Positions 26,121 to 40,889 of a DNA stretch of 64,000 bases are shown here, one piece after another. This stretch comes from Pristiophorus japonicus (Eukaryota), in assembly GCF_044704955.1 (NCBI RefSeq), contig NC_091983.1, positions 58,962,001-59,026,000 on the forward strand, given 5' to 3'. A program made the position numbers and the translations under genes. The notes under the pieces were generated by a model. It did no database searches. It was not told the DNA's origin and was given only the letters and a program-made list of their open reading frames with translations. Position 1 is the stretch's first letter. Each line of letters begins with the position of its first letter.

Positions 26121-26210
26121 ATTTTGTACACTGGAGATTTTTCACGGCAAGAGGATAGACACTTAATGGCAGCTGAGATTCCCAGTGTCAGACCTGATAT
26201 TCTTATAATA
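26121..26210 (+). CDS. CPSF3: CPSF3 exon 6
   Basis: [30 protein letters not shown]. Confidence 0.96.
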
Positions 26211-26390
26211 GTAAGTTGCTTTTTGTTCTTCAGGCAGATCGTAATATCACTAACCGTGAAGTGAGTGTTAACGTGTGTATGCTGGATAATATGGTGAATG
26301 ATTACTCCATGTTTTTACCCAAACTAGCAGAATGTACGGAAAATAGAATATAACATCAATAAATTTGCATCTAATTTCTGGTGCACTGAA

Positions 26391-26414
26391 GTGTGTGTGT
26401 GTGTGTGTGTGTGT
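26391..26414. repeat. (GT)n microsatellite
   Basis: Direct reading. Confidence 0.9.
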
Positions 26415-27149
26415 TTAGAAGAGAAAGGAAATTACTAAATTACAATGCATAGAAATCATTAAAATTGTTAAATTTAAGTTGTGAAGGATTTGTTCTTCAG
26501 GAAAACATTTTTTGTCACTGATACCGCTCATTGCCACAAGGTACTACATGAACAATTCCATCAGCATTTTCCCTGTCTTTCCTGGAAGAACAGTAATACT
26601 GTAGGATTTTAAAAATTCAGGCCTCAAGATTTGACCGTAAAACATTGGGCCAAATCTTGCTGGAACAAGGCATCTTTCCACGTGTGCCGTTAGACTTTTT
26701 CCTGCAGCTTGAAGCTATTTTGCACTGTAACTTGCTGAATGTGCAATGTGGCATTTAGGACTTTGCACATTCAGACTTTAGTGAACAGTGAGACCAACAG
26801 TGTATCTCCTTAACCAATGATATATAAGGATTGAGAATGAAACACAGGAGGGACTGAGAAAGATGGTGAATTAGAGTCAAGTCAAGTGAGAAAGAAAAAT
26901 AAAGAGAGAAAAGAAAGATTGGATTATGGGAGAGATTTAAAAAAAAGGCAAAAATGAAAATTAAATTTGAAATTTTTAATATCTCTAACAACAATTTACC
27001 ACATGTAGGAATGAGACTCAACAGTTTAAACTATATCCCTTTCTGGGCTGGAGTGATTATTGACATTGCATTAACAATTATCACATCATGAAAAGGATAC
27101 TTGAGCTATTAATTATGAGCCGTAACTTTCTGCGGTGAGTTTAATGTGA

Positions 27150-27602
<453 letters not shown>

Positions 27603-28029
27603 TAGTAATTTAAGATAAGCATTTCAGGGTGGAGCTGAGCCCATCTGTAGTAAGGGCAGATGTTTCATGAAATTAATGTTGATGATTTCTGGGAGCACAA
27701 AGATTTGAGAAATATTACAGCAGGTTTCAGAAACCCTGTTGAACAAATGATGGTTAACTGCATTTGTTGACTAACCAAAGACAATCCTGGAAGAGAAACC
27801 AATTAAAAAATAAGGTATGAAGATATTTAGATATTATTGAGGCACTTCTGTTGATCAGTATTCCAATCTAACAAAAATTGTTTAAAATTGTTGACTGGGA
27901 TTTGAAAGGATAGGGAGAGGTCACCAGTAAAATAAAATATTTCAACTTCATACCCAACAGCAAAACATTGTGATGCAAGAGCAAGATGCTGTCTTAGGAA
28001 GTACAATGGAACAGTGAGGCTGTACTACA

Positions 28030-29100
28030 ACAGCCCTAATTAAAGTCACAAATCACATCCATATGACTGACCTTGGTTCATTTTTTCTCCTCTTCCTACC
28101 TGACCTCTCTGCAGCCTTTTGCTTAATTGGCCACAGAATCGTCTTCTATGCCCCTCCTGCACTGTCCAGCTCAGTAGGACAGCTCTCACTTGGTTCTACT
28201 CTTATTAATCCAGTAGTAGCCAAAGAATCTCCAGCAATGGTTTCTCTTCCTGGTCCTGCAGTGTTACCCCTGGAGTCCTCCAAAGATCCAAAGACATGGG
28301 GGTCAGCTTTCATTTGTACATTGACAATAGCCTGCTCTACCTCTCACGACCCCGCCACTGCCTTTGTGTTTTCAGATGGCTTGTCCAGCATCCTGCCTTG
28401 GATGAGCCACAGTTTCCTCCAGTTAAATATTGGGAAGACCGAAGCCATCATCGTTGGTCCTCTGACACAAACTCCATACCCTTGACGCCGATTCAGCCCC
28501 CTCCCAGTCTACCGTTTCAGGTTGAACCAGGCTGTTTGCAATCTTGACATCCTTTTTCGACTCCGAGCTGAGCATCTGACCCTGTATCTTCTCTGTCACA
28601 GATTGCCTATTTTTAACTCCATAACTTTGCCTGCCTCCACTCCTGCCATTGTCACCTCTAGACTTGACTATTCCAATGTTCTCCTGGCCGGGCTCCCATT
28701 CTCCACACGATGTAAACTTCAGCTCATCCAATTGTATCGTATCCTGTCCGGCTCACCAATCACTCCTGTCCTTCCTGACCTATATTGGCTCTCTGTCTCC
28801 CTAAAGCCTCCAATCTAAAATTGTCATCCTTGTGTTAAATCTCTTCAGGGCCTTGCCCCATCCTATTTCTGTAACCTCTAGCTCTGTAACTCTACCAGAA
28901 CTCTTATTCTTTTAACTCTGGTCTCTTGTGCAGTCCTTCTTCCCACCATTGGTGCCTGTCTGTGCCTTTGGACATCTGGGCCTTGCACACACTGGAATTC
29001 TCTCCCTAAATCTCTCAGTTCTCTCTCTACTTTTAAGATCCTTCTTAAAACCCAGCGATTTGACCAAGCTTTTAGTCACCTCTTTTAATATCTGGCTTGA
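28030..29100 (+). mobile_element. Old L2 LINE fragment
   Basis: [25 protein letters not shown] remnants. Confidence 0.75.
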
Positions 29101-29400
29101 TGTTCAGTTTTTTCCTTACGCCACTGAATTGTTTGTGGAGGATTCTTTCAAAGAATGTGGAAGACCATATCTGCAACAGATAACCTGACTTGTTCGAATG
29201 TCTCGCACAGGAAGTGAAGGGATGTCCCACTCATCTAAGTATGGGTATACGTACAGGAAACTTCAGTGATGTTGGGGTTTAAAAGGATACTGCATTTGGC
29301 TTGATCATACCCAGCAGGTGCTTAGTTGCTTTGAAATAAAAAATAAGATACAGGGGAAATGAAAGATGCAACAAAACGGTAAAGATAGAACACTTATTGA

Positions 29401-29673
<273 letters not shown>

Positions 29674-30070
29674 TAATTGCAATTGAGTATTTCCAAAGCA
29701 AGGTTAATGGAGACTGTGATGTGATGGGTTTAGAACAACTAGTTTCAAACCAGTCCAGACTGATTCTGGGTGAAATGTGTTTGGGCAATCTCAGCCCAAT
29801 TCCTAATCTTTTCAAGTGTACCTCACAAAACCACCCATAGTATAATATGAGTTGGTACTAAATAAGCAATCTCAATCGGAGAAGGAATAACAGAGGCTGG
29901 TGAGAGAAATGGAAATGACATTAATTCAGTGATATGTTAACTGTTCTGATAACATTCTGTAAAATTCTAATATTTCATTAGAATAGTGCTGAACTATAGT
30001 TTTTAAAAAAACAAAGGTATACTGATAAATTACAATTTCCATAGAGATTATTGAAAAATAACTTGGGTAG

Positions 30071-30301
<231 letters not shown>

Positions 30302-31235
30302 TAAAACTTTTCAAAATGTATTCTTCAGTTTGATTTTAGTTAAATGCATGAGTATTTTAACCCATTTTTTATGATTTAAACACCAACTGCCCAGTGTTTA
30401 CCAATGTTGTCACAGACCAGTTTAACTGTAAGCTTTAGTGAAAAAACACTGTTTAAAATTACTGTTTGATATTTATTCAAATTTTAAAATAAATGTAAAG
30501 TCATATTGGTACAAAACCTTGAGGCAAAATGGCACAACACATTAGTGTTCTGCCACACTGTTATAGAACAGTTAGAGACCAGCTAGTCCCCACGTCAAGT
30601 TACCAGTATTGACAATGCTTGCACGAAGTGCCAAGTGAAGGCTAAGCATTTCCTGCTACAGAAGGAAAATCATTTGGGAATCGGCTTGAGTTACTGTGGT
30701 CATAGAGAGGTATTGGCACAGCCTCGGATGCAGGTTGTCCACCAGCCCTCTCAGCTGTTTCACAGGAAAATTGCCAACCCTGGTTGTGATCTTTGTGTTG
30801 CAATGACACAGTAGCCGCCCTAGTTACTCATCACTGGTTGGTACCGAGCAGTAAAGGATACAAGTATGATATTGCGATGTCTCCATCTTGTGCACCTACA
30901 TGGCTGGATTTGCATTCTACAGTGATTCATGACCCCTCAAAGGGAGGCCCTTCAAGTGTACCTAACTAAAGGGTCATGGTGGTTATTTCAGTGAGGTTGT
31001 TAAAATAATCATGAGGAAAAAAATAACAGTACCGAATAAGACTTTGGTGATATGTACTTTCCAGGGCGAAAGGATCATTTTTGATTCTTGCATAAAATAA
31101 GTATATTTTATTTTTTTAAAGTATGTGTATTTTTTAAGGAAGCATCTATTTATCACAGTGAAGAAGCACACGAGGTGCTGGTTCTTTTTTGTGTAAATGC
31201 AAAGTTCATGCTTAACAATTGCTTGGCAAGTTTGA

Positions 31236-31439
<204 letters not shown>

Positions 31440-31964
31440 TAAAATTATTTTAATACTTTTGTAGATTTCCCCCCCACCCCCAAAAAATTTTTTTTTTTCT
31501 TCCTTCCTCTCGCAAAGGTACTGACTCCTACTAGAGCACTGTTCCACAAATGAAGACAGCGCTGCTGTCATAGAGTTGGATATACTTCATTTGTGAGCCC
31601 GGAACACTGGATATTTGAGGGTGTTAGGCAGACAGCGAATCACAGTTGAGCACTATCTGTCACTCAGCTTTCATCCACACATGTGCTCTTTCTAGCAAAG
31701 GTCACTGGATAGTGATCGGGATTAGAAATCATGGCTGATTTTCTTCTCGTACTACTGAGTCAAGTACTCTGTCTCTGCTGTCTTTCTCTAAGGGATGACC
31801 AGATTGGGAACTTACCATGCTAGAATTGTACACTATGTTGTCTTATTTTTCTTAAATATTTAAGAGATGGGTGTTCTGGTTTAATCTTTTAATATTTGCT
31901 TGTTTTTGTAAAATGCAGTGCATTGATTACATTCTCTTTGTGACCATCTGGGATTTCCTTGTAG

Positions 31965-32180
<216 letters not shown>

Positions 32181-33060
32181 TAACCTAGAGCATTTCTTTT
32201 TTTATATTGCTGATTTCCTCTTTTATTTTCTCCTCTTGCAATTTTGACTTGTTTCTGATTTGCATTTGCTAAGTTGTCAGACTTATTACCTCTTTGAAAT
32301 GAGTATTAGGGACCTTCCTGGTCTGCTTAGCTCAGATGCTTGCAGGATAAGCTCTCTGAGCGAACCAGAGTAACCTTGGGCACTTTAATAAATATCATAA
32401 ATCCAGAGCCAATTACAAAAGTGCTTCCGCCAGATGAAACGACACCTGGAATTGATCCTGTAATGCTTTTGTTATACTGAGATTTTGGCTCTAATTTCAT
32501 GTTAGTGGTTACGTAACTTTGGTGTGGAAATCTTAGTATAAGGTAGCTGATTCACGCACCAAGACTATCGAAATAGGTAGTCTAATAGCAGAGTTGTGCT
32601 GTATCTCAGAATTTCAGTCATATCACCATGTGTATTGAAACTATCCTATTAACTGCTAAGGTCCCTTTCACATATGAATGCTATGTGCTACAGATGAAGC
32701 TGGCCATGTATACCAGTACTCAGAAACTTGGAGCAGCGCTGTACGTGCGTAGTCATGTATGTGTGATGCATGATGCCACATGTGCCTGCATGAACATTCT
32801 CGCACTTTGTGTTTAACCAAATCAGCGTGTCACTGACTGGGTATTGTAATCCTGCCAGATTAAATGAGTGTTTTTTTAACATTTTCTTTATTTGTGCTGA
32901 CACCCAGAGAATACTAAGGGCCTACGTTAGGCGCCCTTTGATAATTTTTTTAATTCTTAACTTTGTTCTCAAGTCACACACACAGCTTACTGACTACTAA
33001 GTCTTGTTTTTCCATACACGGTAAAGTTTCCAATTGAATTGCTATTACTAGGGAAATAAT

Positions 33061-34172
33061 GGAACCAAGTTTCCACCCACCCTTGGAACAGCACACCTCC
33101 ATGAGGTCCGCCGATTTTCTGGAACAAAAAGCGCGCATAATTCTTATCGTGGTATTCTCCACGCTCATCAGGCCTCCTTCGGACTCGGCCGAGCGCAGCA
33201 GAACCAGCGGGGGGGGCGGAGCCAGGTCCCATGCTGAGAACACAGTGCCGGGACCTCTGCACATGCGCGCTAGAGTGTGCGCGCATGTGCAGTAGCTCCT
33301 CGCCCCCAGATTCTATGTGCATGTGCTGCAGGCTGTGTGGGAGAGGCCCGAAGCACGCCGCCCCTAGCCCTGGCTGAATGGGCACACCGCCATGACCTGC
33401 GAGGGAACAGATGGCAATATCCGTCATCGGAGACAGGAGATCCCGGGAACAGAAAGCCAAACAAGAAAGGGAGAAGGAGCTGGCAGAAGTGACCATCAAG
33501 AAGGAAGATGACTGAGGCCATTGAGTGTTCCTTGGGACTGTCTCGGAGATGTTCGGGAGGTGGGGGTAGCAGGAAAGCAGAGATTGGGGGCAAGATGTGA
33601 GTAGGATGGGATCTGGGCAGGCTCGTATGTTTAATGTTGCCGCCCCCTCCTCCACCATCGGCAGCCCGCTGCCTTCCCTTCACATAAAGGTAGGACTTCT
33701 AATTTTTATTTGTTATTGATTGATTGCTTATTACTTTGGTCTTGGTGCTTTACGTGCAGGATTCCTTCTATTTTTTATTTGTTAATTAATTGCTTATTAC
33801 TTTTTGTGCTTTGTTTAGTGCTTAGTGCTTTAAATGTACTTATGCTTCTTTAATGTTGTTGTGAAAGTGTTTAGTGCTTTGGAAAATCCTCTAACTTCCC
33901 CCCGCCTCCCCCCCCCCCCCCCCATCTCTGGCTACCTGCGCCTGATTTCTAAAGTGACCAAGGTTTTTCTGAGCGTACAAAAGCGGACACATACGTTGGC
34001 CTAAGTTAGTTTGGAGTAACTATTGGCTGTCTAAACTTGCTTAAATGGCCAAAACAGGTGTAAGTGGCTGGTAATGCTCCCTTTTGGGGAAAAAAAACTG
34101 AACTAAAAAGAACACCAAAAAAAACTAGTTGCTCCAAAAAAATAGGAGCAAGTCCTGTGGAAATTTGGCCCC
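33061..34172. mobile_element. Non-autonomous PIF/Harbinger-like element
   Basis: 16-bp imperfect TIRs ggaaccaagtttccac / gtggaaatttggcccc, resembling the end at 59454. Its 3' subterminal part recurs inverted at ~60664-60750. Confidence 0.7.
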
Positions 34173-34977
34173 ATTGTGTGTACATTTTTTATTTTTCACT
34201 TTGTTTTGTTGTTGCTTCAATGTAATCTCTTGAATTATGCATTTTTCATAATTCAGTACTTCTGTACTTTGTGGAGTGCGGTGTATAAAAGTTTTCATTT
34301 TTAGATTTATTAATTTCTATCTAAACCACGTTAATTTTGCTTTGCATTTGGATTGTAAAACTTTATTGCTAAGTAGTGTTAAGAGATCCAGAATAATGTG
34401 AACAGCATAGAACAAACATTTCCTAACTAGTATAGAGTGCACAATCCCTTTTGTGTCTCAATTCTATATACAGATCAATTAAAAGGTACATCTGGCTATC
34501 TATTCATATTAAATGTTTAGACAGGATAGAACACTTTCAGCTGTAAAGGGTAGTTTAGGAAGGGGTATAGGTGACAAGTATTCAAAATATACTAGATGAA
34601 AATTGAACTTGCAGATAAATAGAAGCTGGTTTCAAGTAATCTTTCTAGACCCAAGCAGAGATAGCGCCAACAAGTGTTCAGTAGGAACATCATTTCAAAA
34701 AAGGCAAAATGGTTTGTGGAGTTTTTTTTCCTTGGATATGATTTGGCTCTTTAACTTCTCCTTTCAAATTCCTTAATTATACAATTTCTGTTTACTTTGT
34801 TAAATTGTTCCAGATTTGTCCCTGTTCTATATTTGCTGAAGTTTAGAGTATTGACTGACTGACATGTGGATTGAAAGGCAGATGGTTAGAGGGAGTTCCA
34901 TCCTTCTGACTGTTTAACCTCAGGTTGAAGCAAGAAAAATCTAATTTTGATCTTAATTATTTTAATATTTTTGAAAG

Positions 34978-35086
34978 GTGATGGGCTCCTTGGCAGATAG
35001 AAAGGCTGATCAAGGTCAAAGGATCTCAGGAATACTTGTAAAAAGAAACTTCAACTATCACATACTTATTCCTTCTGACCTATCCA
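34978..35086 (+). CDS. CPSF3: CPSF3 exon 12
   Basis: [36 protein letters not shown]. Confidence 0.95.
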
Positions 35087-36756
35087 GTAAGTAAATCTGT
35101 TCTCCACATATTTCCCTCTTCACTGGTGCATTTTTGGGTTTAAGGAAAGTCAAAGGGAGGAAAATGTTGTTATAAGTTGTGACTTTGGAGAGAGTTGTCC
35201 CAACTTTTCTGGAAATAGTTTGACGATTTGCTAAATCTGTGAATAGCATGCAGCCAGCACCTAGCTGAGGCTAAGTCAGAGATGAGACCACTTTTTTCAG
35301 AATTCTAATCTGTTTTAATCCAGTAGTTTGGCCACATGTTGGAAGATTTTATTCTATTTATTTAAAACTAGTTGCCTGACTGTTGCTTTAGAGAAATTTG
35401 GACACTACAAACCAAAAAAAGTCTACTCTCTGAAAATAAAAGCAATTTTTAAATGACTTGCACCATCCCTACTAGAAATTAATGGGGATACTGGGAACTG
35501 TGAAACCACAAGTTAATTTGCATCAATTTATTTAAATGTTATCGCATCCTGTATGCATAGTGTTGATATATTTACAGTGGATTATCTTTGGGCAAATTTC
35601 TCTGCTGTCCTGAAAGCATTGACTGCCTGCTGGGTGTGGTTTGCAGGCACTGGCCACCTTCTGCAACCTTACCCCAGTGGCTGATATTCACCTCCGACCT
35701 TTAGTGTGTGTCAGGAGGTATTGCGGCTGTGCCCTGTCCTGTCCTGCCTTGACATTCACACTTCCAGTAGAGATAATGACCAGGAACAGGAACCCTGATC
35801 ATTTTTTTTAAGTAATTTAACGTGTACTTCCTTTTTCTCGTTTTCCAAAAATGTATTATATAAATTTTTTTTTACATTGAACTGCATCTGCTACTGATCT
35901 TCCCACTTCACTAATTTACTTATATTCCTCTGGCACTCTTCCTCAAGTCCACTAGGCTCCCTAATTTTGGTGTCCTCGGCAAATTTCAATATCCTTCCTC
36001 TCGTGCCTATGTCCAAAACACTTGTAGAGAGGTGTGATAGCTTAATGGTTATGGTACTGGATGTCCAACTCAGAAGTCACTAGTTCCACCATGGCAATTT
36101 GCAAAACTGAATTCAAATAAATCTAGTAATTTGTGAGCTAGCACCAGAAAATGACTATGGAAGCTGCCAGATCCCACAGGTTTACTGATGTCCTTCAGGA
36201 AAGGGAACACTCTACCTGGTCTGGCCTGATGTGATTCTGGTCCCACACTGTGGTTGACTCCTATGCTCTCGGGGCAACTACACATGGGGTTGCCAGTGTC
36301 ACCCACATCCTGAGAACAAACAATTAAAAGAAAATGGAAAACAAGAGGTCGGAGTGTGGATCGCTGATGGGCACCACAATCCACATCTCACTAATCTGGA
36401 AAACATCCATTTAGCCTTACTATTGGTATATGGACTCAACGTCCTAATGAAATGCTACATTAGATAGTGCTGCTCAGACAGTAGGTTGCGTTGAAGAACA
36501 ATGTGAAAAAAAGCCATAGAAAGGAAGGGGCGGGGAAGCGGGAATGGAATTTGCCCCATTTAGAAATCCCCTGAGAACAGCACTGCTTTGAACTAGCAGT
36601 GTGGCTAAATACGTATTTGTTCAAACTCTAAAATGAGACTTGATCTGTAAACCAACTGTTTTTAGTTTTATATAGTTGATCCTTCTGTGTTTCCGGAAAC
36701 ATAATGTTTGAACTGTGCAGTCAAAATATAAAATGTTGTCTCTCCCTTTTTAATAG

Positions 36757-36855
36757 ATTATACTGAGTTGGCAATGAGCACGGTGACACAGACCCAAGCC
36801 ATTCAGTACTCAGGACCTTTCATGCTATTGGCACATCACCTCCAAACTCTTGCAG
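36757..36855 (+). CDS. CPSF3: CPSF3 exon 13
   Basis: (N)[32 protein letters not shown]. Confidence 0.95.
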
Positions 36856-37564
36856 GTTTGTAAATTACTTTGCTTCTTTCTCCCCCCCCCCCCCCCCCCA
36901 CTCTTCTGCCCTGAAGCTACTAATTCTTGGGATAAGATTCCCTAGGCATTGGCCACCTTCACTTACCTTGCCTAACTGGCCCAGGGTGAGCCATTCAATT
37001 GTTAGGAGATATTGCAGCCAAGCTTGATGTTGGTATTGGATGTGGGTAGTGGTGTGCACTGAAAACTTATACTGGGCCGCCTTTTATTTTCCATCTTTTG
37101 AAAAATGATTTGTTCTCAGGATGTGGGCGATACTGGCAAGCCCATTCATAATTGCCCCGAGAGCATTCACGTGACTACTTTTCAACAGGATCACTAGGTT
37201 CAGAGGCAGGAACCCCCATTCATTTTATTTTTGCTTCCGTAGGTCAGAAGTGCTGTGGCCAAATGTAGCTACTCCGTTGCTGCTGTGCTTAGATAACCTA
37301 CCATAACAAGATGGGGGGATCTAACCTGGGACTGTTTGGCTCCATACCAGGCAGTGCATTTTACCCACTCAGAAACAAGGGAGAAAATGGCTCTATTTCA
37401 AGGACACTTACTTCTGTCAGAGTTGACTCCGTTGTGTCATTGTATCTTGATAGATGGATAAATATTCATTTACAGTATCATAGAATTTTAAATATTGTGT
37501 ATATAAAGATCAGTTATAATTGCTTTTGAAAGCATTCTAATTAAATAATTTTTTTATCTTTCAG

Positions 37565-37659
37565 ATGATGTGGAAGAAATAGAAGTTCAGGAAAAGCCAG
37601 CACTGAGAGTCTTCAAAGCTATCACAGTGGTTCAGGAGCCAGGCATGGTTGTGCTGGAG
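37565..37659 (+). CDS. CPSF3: CPSF3 exon 14
   Basis: [31 protein letters not shown]. Confidence 0.95.
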
Positions 37660-38061
37660 GTGAGTTTATTGCATGTGTATCTTCAATTTCCCCCCCTATT
37701 TTCACATAATTAAAGTGTGGTCAAGTAAGTTGCAGACTTACCCATAAAGGAAAGAACAAACTTTCATAGTGCCATTTGTGTCACTGCGATGTTCCAAAGT
37801 GCTTCACAGCCAATAAACTGTTTTTGAAGTGTAGTCACTATTGCTATGTAAGCAAATGTGGCAGCACAATTGTACAAGGCAAGATTCCACAAACAAGATT
37901 CTTGTCTTTTTCTATGTAACGGCATATGTTTTTCCAACTTTATTTTGTTCAGTAATCTTTGACTGGTGGGACCAAGATAGAAATCCACAGAATGATCAAA
38001 TGAAAAGGATTTGATATTTCAGTAAACCAATCTATAAAAAAATATGTTTTCTTCTTCACAG

Positions 38062-38149
38062 TGGGTGGCAAATCCATTAAATGACATGTATGCAGATGCA
38101 GTGATGACGGTGATTCTGGAAGTGCAGTCAAATCCTAAAGCACAGAAAG
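38062..38149 (+). CDS. CPSF3: CPSF3 exon 15
   Basis: [29 protein letters not shown]. Confidence 0.95.
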
Positions 38150-38219
38150 GTGTGTCCATTTTCATAGCTTCAGTTTATGCCCCTTCATGTATTATCTTGT
38201 TGTTTTTTTTAAACCAATT

Positions 38220-38610
38220 ATCTTCCCTCTGCTGCTGAAAGCACTAACTGTACTGGGGTACGAGTCCGTGGATGCGAGTACCCCTCCAGTACCTTGCCCA
38301 GGTAGTCATTCTTCATCTGTGAGCCTGAACAGTAAGCTTTGGCAGGTTATTCAACCATGAAACATATTATAAGCTAAGCCTGATCCTATCCTCACTGAAC
38401 ATCAATATGCACACTTTTCAACAGGGTTACTGGATGGCAATCAGGAGCGGGAAACCTGATGATTTCTTTTTCATTTCTAGGTCACTGAGGTCTGTTGTGG
38501 TCTCCCAAATGGCTGACCTAGCTGAAATCAGCAGACTCAACAGACCAGGAGTTAAATTTGGGACCTTTAGGTCTGCATGGCTTACTATAACACAGGCCAG
38601 TCTCCTTGCC
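38220..38610 (-). mobile_element. Old tRNA-type SINE (AmnSINE2/MamSINE1-like, tentative); best-preserved of many copies
   Basis: Shared blocks (ctgatcctgtcctcac, tggat..gatcaggagc.ggaa, agctgagatcagctaactc, gggacct..ggtctg) recur at ~4150, 9060, 13390, 16060, 25030, 31500, 35600, 36900 and, in the opposite orientation, 49640 and 60600. Confidence 0.55.
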
Positions 38611-39116
38611 CCCTGGCCAAGACGGAAGCAATGGTGTTTTGTTGTATTGACAAATTTAAGCCTATTGCTGATTATATTTTGCTATGTTATGACCGGGTCC
38701 TATAAGGAACCCATTCATTGCATTGCAATATTCAAGCAGGCAGTTTATCAAACTAAAAAACATAAAACAGACTGATATCTGCATTCTAAAGTATGCAACA
38801 GGAAGAATAAATGGATTATTCTATTGAACTCAGCAATGCTCAGCCAAGTATTTCATTCTGCAGAATTGAATCGTTGCAGCCTCTCAGTCCTCTCTAAATA
38901 GAAGCAGGTATTTTTGAACACTTGTTTTCTGGTAACAGAATTGTTTTGTATTTTTTAAACCTGGATTGTAGATGCTTTTTAATTGCAATGTGTACCATAT
39001 AAACCAAAATTAGAAAATTGATTCCCAGCTAACATTTGTGATGCGCACCTTATTTTATTGAGTATTTTATTTAATAAATGGATTGTTAAATACCAAAATA
39101 TTTCTATTTTCTCTAG

Positions 39117-39186
39117 TTGTGCAGCTAAGTACAAACAAAAAAGTTGACAAGGAAACTTACACAAGGAGGCTGGAGATTATGCTCGA
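39117..39186 (+). CDS. CPSF3: CPSF3 exon 16
   Basis: VQLSTNKKVDKETYTRRLEIML(E), ag/gt, phases fit. Confidence 0.93.
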
Positions 39187-40531
39187 GTAAGTTGCTTCAT
39201 TTTGTTTACTTTTTTTTAATGCTCTAAAATTCAATGTTCCTAGTTTAATCAGTCTTTTTAAACTGAGAATAAACGTTTATTTTTTTCTCGCTATCGTTGG
39301 GTCCCTTCTTCCCTGCCCCCCACCCAATGCCATGCATTACTCCACAGGGTCACATACCTCTCCCAATGCTACCATTAAGAGCAAGAGTGGCTCAGGATGA
39401 CTTGGCCTCAGAATTCCCTGCTTTTGGAGAAGTTTGCCTCTCTGAAAAGATGTCTGAAATCAAATTTGTTCAGGGAATAACTGGGTAGACCTAAACCTTC
39501 CACATCATAAGAACAAACAATGTCACTAAATCCAGTAAATGGTAGGGACTTGTGGATGTATTAGTAATTAAACTAGTAATTTATTTGAATTGATGATTAT
39601 CAAAAAACATTGATTGGATCCTAAGTCATCCTAACCGATCCAAAATAATCCATCACACACCTAGAGTAAATGGCCATTTGATAATTGTTCAACCTTTTCT
39701 TCCGATGTGATCATTTCCTACACTTCTATTGCTTCATTCCCCTCAGCCAGGATGTGATATGTTATTGTACAAGACAGAATTTTTCACACTGTGCATGCTG
39801 TCATGTAGAATTTTTAATGTGGAAAGTAAGTAAGCATTAGACCAATAAACTTTTAATATAAAGCACTCACTGGTTAGGTAACGTTAAAAAGTCCCCTACT
39901 TTCAATCATGTACTTGCAGCTTCAATGGGCAATGTCAACTACAGGGCCATCAACAAGCAGCTCCAGTAGGAATCTCTACAGTCAGCACACTTTCTTGTCC
40001 TGAAAAATGCCAGTAAGCTTCCAAGCTGTGTGGAATTCTCTAGCAAAAGTAACCTTGCTTCCATTGTCACTCTTAAACCAGGCGCCCAATATTATGCAAC
40101 TGACAAATGTTTTTCCATTCTATGCAGGAGAAAGTATTTCCTGTTTCTCTCCCACCTCCACTCTTCCCGGGGTGATGGTTTGCGTTTACCATGTGTGAAA
40201 CGACGGGTGTGAATTTTTCTTGCTTTAGTCCCATTACATTCACCATTCTGATAAATGCAATCTTGCGTGAGTGCAAAAAAAGTACATAGGAAACAGAAAG
40301 TAATATCATTTTTTTTTAACTGAAAGGAATGCATATCATCAGTACTGCTGTTGAATTCAACATTATCGTTGTTTGAACTGTGGTATAAATGTTCCTTTGT
40401 GACAGATTTAACAGGTACAAATGGGATTGGGAACAATGAAAGGAGACAAATTGTGATGTGTCTTGTATTTTTCTTTACAATCTTTTTGAAAATGTCATTT
40501 ACCTGCAAAATTGACTCTCTTCCCCTTTCAG

Positions 40532-40631
40532 AGATATGTTTGGACAGGAATGTGTGACCAAATCTAAAACTGGCAATACTCTCTCTGTAACAGTTGATGG
40601 AAAGGCAGCAAATATTTCTCTGGATACAAGG
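40532..40631 (+). CDS. CPSF3: CPSF3 exon 17 (GC donor)
   Basis: DMFGQECVTKSKTGNTLSVTVDGKAANISLDTR followed by gcaagt. Confidence 0.9.
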
Positions 40632-40889
40632 GCAAGTATTCACCACTTCCTGACCAGATAAGGCGGTTACTAATGAACAAGATGGGACGAATTCTTTTGC
40701 CTCTTTTCATGTTACTAAAACCTTGCCCCACCCTCCTGTTCCCTTCCAATGTATTGGTTCTGGCATGTCAGTGATTACATAAGCAGGAGGGTGAAGCTGC
40801 AGATTCTTACTGTGCTTCTCTATCATCTACCTGTAGGAAATATGTAGTCAGCAGCACAAAGTTGTATACAACCACATCCTCATGGGATC

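Noticed and set aside
32974-33683. Overlapping 70-223 aa ORFs in a GC-rich block
   Set aside because: Inside a TIR-bounded non-autonomous element, with no recognisable domain.
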